This document shows positions 17,700 to 25,505 of a stretch of DNA of 35,947 bases, in pieces. Source of the stretch: a candidate division WOR-3 bacterium. GTDB taxonomy: Bacteria; Hydrothermota; UBA3073; NMUJ01. The notes under the pieces were generated by a model. The model made no database searches. It saw only the letters and a program-made list of their open reading frames with translations, and was not told the origin of the DNA. Location: NCBI GenBank assembly GCA_021158725.1, contig JAGGUB010000066.1, positions 1 to 35,947 on the forward strand, in the 5' to 3' direction. Each line of letters starts with the position of its first letter. Position 1 is the first letter of the stretch. Made by a program: the position numbers and the translations under genes.

Positions 17700-18602
17700 C
17701 TAAATCTCGGCACCCGGCGGTTGGCTCCTTATGTTATTTGCGGCATTAATCAAACGTTTCACATACTTTATCGTGGTACGCTTTACACCTACCTCTTTTG
17801 CGATAGCATCATCGTCCATGTTCTTTTCGATACCCAATAGAATAAGGTCGAGCTTCTCATAGGTCAACTTAAGTGCCAACTCATCCGTAATACCCGGCAA
17901 CAAGTCCGGGCTGGGTAGCTTCTTGATGATCTTATCAGGTACACCCAAATAGCGTGCAAGTTGCTTCACCTGCGTCTTATAGAGGTTTTTAATCGGCATA
18001 ATATCAGCTGCGTTATCACCGTACTTAACGAAGAACCCCGTCATGTCCTCGGTTTTGTTACTCGTGCCCACAACAAGATAGTGCAATCTCTCCGCCCATA
18101 AGTATAGGGTGACCATCCTCACTCTATGCTTTATCCTGTAGTATGCTTCTATAGGGTGCATCCAATCAAATGTCGCACCTTCTAACCCACCCAAAAATGG
18201 GTTCAAATTCTTCGGCACCACCCTATATCCAGCACGTACCAACCCCGATAATATGCGTTTCATATCCATTATCCTTCGTGGCAACATATCGTACACACCA
18301 AACCTCTCCAGTATCGGTGATATATCGATAATCTCCGTTTCTATACCAAAAGTATCTGCAACCAGCTTCGCATCCTCTACGGTATCATCGTGTGAATCCC
18401 TCTCCGGCATTATGAGAGCCAACACATTCTGTGGAAGTGTCGCCCTCACACACAAACCAGCCACACAAGCTGAATCAAGCCCACCCGACAACCCCAGTAT
18501 GAGCCCCTTGCGGTTGGATTTCGTCAAATGGTATCGGATGAAATCAACAATCTTTGCTGTAACTTGCTCTTCGTCAATCCTTATACTCTCTTTAAGCGAC
18601 AT
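17700..18602 (-). CDS. nadE: NH3-dependent NAD+ synthetase (with an internal insertion)
   Basis: GLSGGLDS PP-loop, R.RM, GTSNKTE, GFFVKYGD, LYKTQV, PSPDL. Confidence 0.92.
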   Translation of the reverse strand: MSLKESIRIDEEQVTAKIVDFIRYHLTKSNRKGLILGLSGGLDSACVAGLCVRATLPQNVLALIMPERDSHDDTVEDAKLVADTFGIETEIIDISPILERFGVYDMLPRRIMDMKRILSGLVRAGYRVVPKNLNPFLGGLEGATFDWMHPIEAYYRIKHRVRMVTLYLWAERLHYLVVGTSNKTEDMTGFFVKYGDNAADIMPIKNLYKTQVKQLARYLGVPDKIIKKLPSPDLLPGITDELALKLTYEKLDLILLGIEKNMDDDAIAKEVGVKRTTIKYVKRLINAANNIRSQPPGAEI

Positions 18603-20724
18603 GTCTTGTACGATATAAACTACGTCTCCTGTACAACCCTATCCCCCACAATATTCCTATGGGTACCAGTATATTAGCTATACGGACGATTAGTTGGTTG
18701 GTGGGTGATAACTTCTTCAACGGACGTGCCTTTATCCCCTTACCCCTAATCGCAAGCAAGCTCTCATCCTGTACCAACCAATCCACCAGATTCATACAGA
18801 ATGTGAGCCCACCCGGTGTTATGTAATCCTCCGTCGGTATAGTAGCTGTACCAATGACCACTAATTTAACTAAACTATCTGTATACGCTGCCAGCGGTCG
18901 TGCCATCTGTTCACCAGTCGGTTTATACTGCTGTCCTGGTACCACCATAAATGGTGTACTAACTAACCACGAATATTGTGAAGACCATGCCAACGGCTTA
19001 CCACCCTCCACCGGTGATACAAACGGAAACGTTACACTACCAAGGTTACGTGTTATGGGATGCTCACTGTTAAGAGTGGTCGCACGTACGAAGAACGGAT
19101 ACGATACCAATCGTGTCACGGTAAAGAACCCCTGCCGTGTAGTTACACGTACGTTTTCACATACAGGATCGACCACAAACCCAGGTTCTAACTTTATACC
19201 ATATTTCGCAAGCAATGAATCAAGCCCCGTCTCCAACCTCGTGGTGTTGAAATTCTGTAGGTTCACCTTATACGTGCTGAGAAACAGTGCAGCTCGTCCA
19301 CCCTGTTCTAAGAATTGCTCCAATTTCTTGCATGCAGAGTCGCTCCATGGTGATTCAGGACCTACCACAATCAATGCCCCCACATCTGCCGGTATAGAAT
19401 CGGTCTCAATATCGATTTCAGTCAACTCATACAGTTTTTCAATCTCATGCTTCAACCTACGTGCAAGCTCCATTTCATTGTGTCCCTTTACGATACCTAT
19501 TATGGGTTTCTCTTCCATTGTGAGCTTACGTATGAGTGATGTCACCTGATATTCCAAATTCGATATATCCTCGAACACCGGTATCGTTTCACGCTTATCC
19601 CCATATATGAATACCGCACCAAGGAACGCATTCTTGAGCGCAAACTCACCCGCCTTCACCTCCTGCAAAGGTAACGCCTGTATACCCATGCGGGTGGCTT
19701 CACGCATCTTGTCAGGCGTATTTGGATTTATTATCTCCAGTTTGAACCTACCTCTACTTGCTGCACGGTACTCACGTAACATATCCTTAACGTACTCAGC
19801 TATCACATTATATGGGGGTGGTAGCTTTGCCGTCACATATGCACGTACGAGTATAGGGTCGTGTAGCTCACGTACCAGCTTGACAGATGCATGTGATAAC
19901 GAGTATACTCTACCTTCAGATATGTCCCACCTGTGATAAACATAATAGGATATCAGATTCCCAAAGAAGACTATAAGTACCACCAATACCAACGTAGCAC
20001 TACCCATCAACCGCTCAAAGAACCGCTTATACGTCAAATACGTAAGGAATAGAAACAACCCACCCACAGTTATGAAATATATTATATTACGTGTATCGAT
20101 TACACCACGAGACAGGTTCTCCATATGTTGATCTATACCAACAAACGCAAGGAATGGACTCAACCAATCAGGTGCAAAATTTGCCACCTTACCCAGCAAG
20201 AAGAACACAAACGCGATAACCAACCCCACTATCATAGCAACTATCTGGCTTGCAGTAAGTGACGATGCCCATATCCCTACCGATGTGAACATAAACGATA
20301 CAAGTATGAGCCCCACATACGAACCGATCACACTACCCCAGTCCACATCACCCAGTATCTCCAAGGTTATCGGATATATAACCGTAAGTGCCAACCCTAT
20401 AATCACGAGCACCCAAGCCGCAAGAAACTTACCGATGATGACCTCCGGCTCACTAACAGGTAGAGTTGCCAGTATCTCTATGGTACCTTCACGCTTCTCC
20501 TCAGCTATTAAGCGCATCGTGATCGCAGGTATGAAGAACACCAAGAAAAGCGGTATAAGTGTAACAAGATTGCGTATGGTGGCTTGATTCATAACGAACA
20601 GATCCGCTACAAAGAAATATCCGGTTAACCCCAGAAATATTGTCAACACAATATATGCGATAGGTGACCTAAAGTAGTAATTAAACTCCTTCCTGAAAAT
20701 CTGCTTCACGATTTCCCATTTCAT
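18592..20724 (-). CDS. Fused ABC-2 permease (GldF-like) and GldG-like extracytoplasmic domain
   Basis: N-terminal half YFRSPIAY, PAITMRLIAEEKREGTIEIL, GKFLA, RGVIDTRNIIYF. C-terminal half RWDISEGRVYSLS, EYQVTSLI, GHNE, HPITRNL, NLVDWL...IRGK, then a C-terminal TM. Confidence 0.85.
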   Translation of the reverse strand: MKWEIVKQIFRKEFNYYFRSPIAYIVLTIFLGLTGYFFVADLFVMNQATIRNLVTLIPLFLVFFIPAITMRLIAEEKREGTIEILATLPVSEPEVIIGKFLAAWVLVIIGLALTVIYPITLEILGDVDWGSVIGSYVGLILVSFMFTSVGIWASSLTASQIVAMIVGLVIAFVFFLLGKVANFAPDWLSPFLAFVGIDQHMENLSRGVIDTRNIIYFITVGGLFLFLTYLTYKRFFERLMGSATLVLVVLIVFFGNLISYYVYHRWDISEGRVYSLSHASVKLVRELHDPILVRAYVTAKLPPPYNVIAEYVKDMLREYRAASRGRFKLEIINPNTPDKMREATRMGIQALPLQEVKAGEFALKNAFLGAVFIYGDKRETIPVFEDISNLEYQVTSLIRKLTMEEKPIIGIVKGHNEMELARRLKHEIEKLYELTEIDIETDSIPADVGALIVVGPESPWSDSACKKLEQFLEQGGRAALFLSTYKVNLQNFNTTRLETGLDSLLAKYGIKLEPGFVVDPVCENVRVTTRQGFFTVTRLVSYPFFVRATTLNSEHPITRNLGSVTFPFVSPVEGGKPLAWSSQYSWLVSTPFMVVPGQQYKPTGEQMARPLAAYTDSLVKLVVIGTATIPTEDYITPGGLTFCMNLVDWLVQDESLLAIRGKGIKARPLKKLSPTNQLIVRIANILVPIGILWGIGLYRRRSLYRTRHVA

Positions 20725-20742
20725 CTCTCCCCCTATTTAGTG

Positions 20743-21330
20743 TCAGACCATCTTCACAATCTGCATAACTATTGCCGTACCGATACCTACTGTGAGATTG
20801 TCATCCACCCGTAGTGGTAGCATCTCTATCACCGTTGCAGCAGCCGCCCCCCATAATATCAGGGGCCACGATAGATACAATCGTGGTGTCAATGACAACA
20901 GGTAACCCAGCACCACACATGTAACAAAAAATGCGATACTACCTTCGAGCGTCTTACCCATAAACGTACGTATGCGACCTATCTTCATACCAACAATTGT
21001 AGCCATTGCATCACCAAACGTCAAAAACACGATAGCAGTAATCGCTATACTTTTGTCGAATGCAGCTATCACGATAAACACAGCTATTAAGAAGCTCGTC
21101 GTACCAACGAATGTACGTGCCTCCTCTAACTTAAGTATACCATGTGAATGCTCAACCATCACCTTCCACGCACCCTTAATAAAACGACGCAATATTTCGA
21201 CCACTGTCATAATGCCAAGGAAATATGCCACCACCAACAGCGTGAAATACTTATGTGGTGTAAAGTAATATATTATGGGGAACAGACTCCCCATACCTAT
21301 GCGATAGGTTTTACGTGCCCATAACTTCAT
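20743..21330 (-). CDS. CTP-dependent polyprenol/diacylglycerol kinase family membrane protein (dolichol/phytol kinase-like)
   Basis: N-terminal RK, GDAMATIVG, GKTLEGS, DDNLTV, multiple TM segments. Confidence 0.8.
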   Translation of the reverse strand: MKLWARKTYRIGMGSLFPIIYYFTPHKYFTLLVVAYFLGIMTVVEILRRFIKGAWKVMVEHSHGILKLEEARTFVGTTSFLIAVFIVIAAFDKSIAITAIVFLTFGDAMATIVGMKIGRIRTFMGKTLEGSIAFFVTCVVLGYLLSLTPRLYLSWPLILWGAAAATVIEMLPLRVDDNLTVGIGTAIVMQIVKMV

Positions 21331-21902
21331 AATTTCACCTCCCTTAAAACATCAATATTTGCAATACAACCCACGATCATGAAAACCAAAATAAACGGTA
21401 ATAACCACCGCCATTCCCTATAATACAAGCCAAATATGATGGCCATCATTATTACAAATGTGATCAACATCTTCTTTCCAGAACGTGGCCCCACCCGCTG
21501 TAGAATGAAGAATGCCACCACACCGAACGGAAATACCCTTGGCAATAGATACAGGAATACACCACTCGCGGTGGCAGCACCTTTACCACCTTTGAATTTG
21601 TACCAAATTGGCCAACAATGTCCCACAAATGCAGCAATACCTGTCATACCTACCCAGAAATACGGTAACCTCAACACCCTATCCGCTATCAACATAGGTA
21701 TGGCGGCTTTGGCTGCATCCAACACCCACACTATTATACCTTCGAGTTTACCTACTTCACGAAACACGTTAGCCGCACCGGGGTTACCTGAACCTACCTT
21801 CCTTATATTCACACCACGTAGACGTGCAATAATGTCCGCAAATAGAATTGAACCCATCAGATAACCCACCCCCACTATCAGCACCACTCGTACTGGCTGC
21901 AT
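21327..21902 (-). CDS. plsY: PlsY-family acyltransferase paralogue (copy 2, C-terminal motif altered)
   Basis: GYLMGSI, GSGNPGAANVFR, DAAKA, GHCWPI, KGGKGAAT are present. The H..NI.RL..G.E motif is missing. Confidence 0.8.
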   Translation of the reverse strand: MQPVRVVLIVGVGYLMGSILFADIIARLRGVNIRKVGSGNPGAANVFREVGKLEGIIVWVLDAAKAAIPMLIADRVLRLPYFWVGMTGIAAFVGHCWPIWYKFKGGKGAATASGVFLYLLPRVFPFGVVAFFILQRVGPRSGKKMLITFVIMMAIIFGLYYREWRWLLPFILVFMIVGCIANIDVLREVKL

Positions 21903-21909
21903 CACTTCT

Positions 21910-22024
21910 ATAATATTATGGAATTGCGATGGTCAAGCTCATAAGCTACTGTGAGGGTGACGTCCATCTCTCGCATCAGCAACCATTTATTCGCAGATTG
22001 ACTTATAAGCTAAAGGATTATACT
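21910..22024. promoter_or_regulatory. Divergent promoter pair: TTGACC-N15-TATTAT (minus, plsY2 operon) and TTGACT-N15-TATACT (plus, tonB operon)
   Basis: Minus-strand hexamers at 21936-21931 and 21915-21910. Plus-strand hexamers at 21998-22003 and 22019-22024. Confidence 0.6.
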
Positions 22025-22033
22025 TTAACACAA

Positions 22034-22594
22034 ATGCGTACAGGGATCGCAGTCTCACTCGTTATCCACACAATCTTTGTACTAATTGCCACGAAACTGC
22101 AATTCAAAATTCCCACCCCTACACCTGTATGGGTTGAGGTAGGACTTATCGAAGAGCGAGCTGGCCACATACCTGGTAAAGCTATAACCAAAGAGGAGTT
22201 ACCTGAACTACCCACTGTTAAATATACTGAGTCACCGGAATTACCCGAAATCACCCCAGAAGTACGTGAGATAGAGAAGATATCACCCCCCACATCACCG
22301 GTTGAGGGTGAAGAGGGGTTTTTCATAACAGGTGAGATAAAACAACGCCGTATATTGTATAAGGTGATACCCCAATATCCTAGCGGTTACAACGAAGAAG
22401 CTACCGTTGTGGTAAAACTATACGTGGCACCCTCTGGTAGGATAGAGAAGATGGAGCTACTTCAGCATGGTGGCGATATATTCGATAGGCTCACGTTGAA
22501 TGCACTCAGGCTATGGGTGTTTGAACCATTGCCGCCCGACGTACCTCAGGAGATACAAACCGGCACCATAACCTTTATCTATAAATTACGTTGA
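22034..22594 (+). CDS. TonB-family protein (N-terminal TM anchor, Pro/Glu-rich linker, TonB C-terminal domain)
   Basis: S...H TM motif (SLVIH), linker ELPELP...EITPE, PQYP, FDRLTLNALRLWVFEP, GTITFIYKL. Start placed at ATG 22034. Confidence 0.8.
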   Translation: MRTGIAVSLVIHTIFVLIATKLQFKIPTPTPVWVEVGLIEERAGHIPGKAITKEELPELPTVKYTESPELPEITPEVREIEKISPPTSPVEGEEGFFITGEIKQRRILYKVIPQYPSGYNEEATVVVKLYVAPSGRIEKMELLQHGGDIFDRLTLNALRLWVFEPLPPDVPQEIQTGTITFIYKLR

Positions 22595-23520
22595 TGCGTA
22601 TCGTACCCATCATAGTAGGGCCCACCGCAGTGGGTAAAAGCGAGTTAGCGTTTGAGCTCGCACAGCGGTTGGGTAGCGAAATCGTCTCCGCTGATGCACG
22701 CCAAATCTATAAGTTCATGGACATTGGTACAGCCAAACCGCCAAAGGAATGGCTACAAATTGTACCCCACCACATGATCGATATAGTGACCCCCGATGTG
22801 GATTTCAACGCTTGGCATTATGCATGTATGGCACGTAAGGTGATCGACGATATATTTGCACGTAATAAGTTACCGATAGTTGTTGGTGGCTCCGGCCTCT
22901 ACATAAAGGCATTAGTGGAAGGGTTCTTCGAACTCCCTGTACAACCGACACCTGAATTACGTAACAGGTTACGGGCCACCCCAACCGAACTATTATATGA
23001 GGAGCTCAAGAAGGTCGACCCTATCACTGCAAACAGGTTAGCACCACGTGACAAACACCGTATAGCCAGGGCACTTGAGGTATATTATGCCACCGGTAAA
23101 CCTATATCTTACTGGCAATCGCTACCACATCGACGTGCATCCTTCACCCCATTGTACATAGGACTTATACGTGAAAGACGATCACTGTATGAGAGGATAA
23201 ATATCCGTGTAGATAAGATGTTCGAACAGGGGCTCGTTGAAGAGGTAAAACACCTGTTATCACTTGGCTATTCACGTGACCTCAACGCCCTACAGACGAT
23301 AGGATATAAGGAGGTTATCGACTATCTCGAAGGTAAGCTCACCCTCGATGAAGCCAAACGTCTCATCAAAAAGCATACCCGTATGTTGGCACGTCGTCAA
23401 ATACAGTGGTTCAAAAAGCTACCCAATATCGAGTGGTACACGTTACCTGACGCAGAGGTTATTGATAAACTTTACAAAAAGATAACCCACCATATAACCT
23501 TTACGGAGGTGGTACGTTGA
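22594..23520 (+). CDS. miaA: tRNA dimethylallyltransferase
   Basis: GPTAVGKS, SADARQIY, DIGTAKP, VGGSGLY, RIARALEV, IGYKE, RRQIQWF. Confidence 0.96.
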   Translation: MRIVPIIVGPTAVGKSELAFELAQRLGSEIVSADARQIYKFMDIGTAKPPKEWLQIVPHHMIDIVTPDVDFNAWHYACMARKVIDDIFARNKLPIVVGGSGLYIKALVEGFFELPVQPTPELRNRLRATPTELLYEELKKVDPITANRLAPRDKHRIARALEVYYATGKPISYWQSLPHRRASFTPLYIGLIRERRSLYERINIRVDKMFEQGLVEEVKHLLSLGYSRDLNALQTIGYKEVIDYLEGKLTLDEAKRLIKKHTRMLARRQIQWFKKLPNIEWYTLPDAEVIDKLYKKITHHITFTEVVR

Positions 23521-23550
23521 TTAATTTAATCTTACCCATTAGGAGGTATA

Positions 23551-25218
23551 ATGGCACGTAGACGTCGCGGTAACAATGTTGTACTGATAGGCTTTCTCGG
23601 CATAGATAAAGCTAAGATTGGCACCATACTTGCGGAGAGGCTCAACTACAGGTATCTGGACCTCGATCAGCTCATCGAATTACGTAGTAACCTCACGATA
23701 CCGCAGTTCATAAAGCGGTTCGGTGAGGGCAATTTCCACGTACGTGAAAGACGCATATTGAGTTCATTAACCGGCCTCCGTAACGTGGTCCTATCCACAG
23801 GTAGTGGTGCAGTATTTCAAGCCACCAACCGTGCCCGTATGCGTACGATGGGTAAAGTAGTTCACCTAAAACTTGACCCACCCGCTATGTTGGCTAACTT
23901 AGACGATGAAAAATATTATCCATTTGTGAAAGGTAAAACCAAGCAAGACGTACTCAGGTTATGGGAAAGGAAACATAACCTATATAGTTTTGCCGATATC
24001 GAGGTTAATATCACCGGACGTTCACCTGAAGCTGTAGCTGATGAGATTATTGATAAGCTGAAACTCTCACCTTTTCAACCTACTTCGTTGCCATCAAATA
24101 CCATAACGGTTAACCTTGACACCAGATCGTATGATATACAGCTTGGAGTGGGGATTATCAAAGGATTGGGCTCCACCCTACGTGAGAGGTTCCCCGACAC
24201 TAATACTATAGCTGTTATCACACACCCACTGGTTAAACTCCTTTACGGTGATGATGTGAGGGATAGCCTCGAAACTGCCGGCTTCTCTGTGGATTTCTTT
24301 ACCATACCAGAGGGCGAGAAATTCAAGCGTCTCGATACCGCTGAAGACATATATGACTTTTTGATGGATCGCTACTTCGATAATACTGGGTTGCTCATCG
24401 CATTGGGTGGCGGTATGGTGATGGATATTACAGGGTTTGTTGCACTCACCTACAAACGTGGTGTACGTTGGATACCTGTGCCGACCACATTTATGGCACA
24501 AGTTGATGCAGCAATCGGTGGTAAAGTAAGCCTCAACCGTCGTGGCAAGAACATACTGGGTAATTACTATCAACCCTCACTCGTATACAGTGATATAGAA
24601 GTGTTGAAAACATTACCTATAAATGATATCAAGGAGGGGCTTGTTGAGGTGGTAAAATATGGTATTGTGATGTCACCCGAGCTTTTCGAGTATGTTGAAA
24701 CCCATCTAACTGAATTACTTGCAGGTGACCTCACCTCACTCTATCAACTCGTTGATAAGTCGAGTCAACTCAAAGCCAAGGTAGTAAGTGAGGACGAACA
24801 TGCGAAAGGCGTTCGACAGACGTTGATGTTGGGCCATACCATTGGCTACACCATAGAGTCCGTAACCCGCCATAGGGTTTCACATGGCAAAGCTACCAAC
24901 CTCGGTATACTGGCGGCTACACTTATCGCATACAAGATGGGGCTCATCGATCTTGACACCACCCGCCGCATAATAAAATTACTACTCAATATTTACCCCG
25001 CAGGATGGTTCATAAAGTTTCACGCTGAAGAGATCGAAACCCACTTACGGCAACACAAACGCATAAAGGATGACAAAATCTCAATGGTATTACCCACGAA
25101 GATAGGTGCAGTCACCATAAGGGATGACGTACCCATTAAACTTGTCTATGAAGTGTTCCGCGACATGGTGATGCTGGCATCATTTGAAGACCTTGCACAA
25201 TCCCCCAAGGAGGCATAA
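23551..25218 (+). CDS. Shikimate kinase-like / 3-dehydroquinate synthase-like fusion (AroK-AroB architecture) with substituted catalytic motifs
   Basis: The N-terminal ~170 aa have a shikimate kinase layout (DLDQLIE, FGE..F, STG.G). The C-terminal part has PEGEKFK, ALGGG, PTT..AQVDAAIGGK, GKNILG, EVVKYG, LGHTIG. Strong SD AGGAGGT. Confidence 0.88.
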   Translation: MARRRRGNNVVLIGFLGIDKAKIGTILAERLNYRYLDLDQLIELRSNLTIPQFIKRFGEGNFHVRERRILSSLTGLRNVVLSTGSGAVFQATNRARMRTMGKVVHLKLDPPAMLANLDDEKYYPFVKGKTKQDVLRLWERKHNLYSFADIEVNITGRSPEAVADEIIDKLKLSPFQPTSLPSNTITVNLDTRSYDIQLGVGIIKGLGSTLRERFPDTNTIAVITHPLVKLLYGDDVRDSLETAGFSVDFFTIPEGEKFKRLDTAEDIYDFLMDRYFDNTGLLIALGGGMVMDITGFVALTYKRGVRWIPVPTTFMAQVDAAIGGKVSLNRRGKNILGNYYQPSLVYSDIEVLKTLPINDIKEGLVEVVKYGIVMSPELFEYVETHLTELLAGDLTSLYQLVDKSSQLKAKVVSEDEHAKGVRQTLMLGHTIGYTIESVTRHRVSHGKATNLGILAATLIAYKMGLIDLDTTRRIIKLLLNIYPAGWFIKFHAEEIETHLRQHKRIKDDKISMVLPTKIGAVTIRDDVPIKLVYEVFRDMVMLASFEDLAQSPKEA

Positions 25219-25505
25219 TGGGTAAGAAGAAAAAACCCAAACTGAAAAAGGAGGAACCCAAACCCTCACGTAAAAGGTATCGTCCCCGCAGAGTTGAACC
25301 CGTACGGTTGAGTGGCAAAAATTATGGCTTGCTGGCGCTTGGCCTATTTGTGATACTCTTGGGGTTCATATTCCTCAGGAACCAGCTACTCGTAGCTGCC
25401 ACAGTAGCGTTGGTCATCGGCTACCTTGGTATAATACCGCTTGCATTACTGTATCCTTACCCATGGAGACGTCACACAGAGAATAAGGGTGAACGTACCG
25501 AGTGA
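25218..25505 (+). CDS. Small two-TM membrane protein (DUF3098-like)
   Basis: Basic N-terminus, KNY.LL..GL..I..GF and LVIGYL.IIP pattern. SD AAGGAGG and TAATG coupling. Confidence 0.65.
   Translation: MGKKKKPKLKKEEPKPSRKRYRPRRVEPVRLSGKNYGLLALGLFVILLGFIFLRNQLLVAATVALVIGYLGIIPLALLYPYPWRRHTENKGERTE

Noticed and set aside
18854-19549. 231-aa antisense ORF, and similar ones at 13474-14019, 6732-7172, 10649-11119, 21436-21864 and 34563-35018
   Set aside because: They lie opposite well-supported genes, have Thr/Ser/Pro-rich shadow composition, and show no recognisable motifs.
21929-22033. N-terminal extension of the TonB-family ORF; likewise the extensions of queA (27715), purN (35269), speE (10563) and the ABC gene (489)
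   Set aside because: They overlap promoters or neighbouring genes. Family-typical sequence begins at the downstream ATG.
10096-22070. DnaA boxes as evidence for oriC
   Set aside because: There are only two isolated perfect boxes 12 kb apart, with no cluster, no dnaA/dnaN and no visible skew switch.
23551-25218. Calling the aroKB-like gene a pseudogene
   Set aside because: It has no frameshift or internal stop, keeps a strong SD, and retains the NAD- and metal-binding positions.
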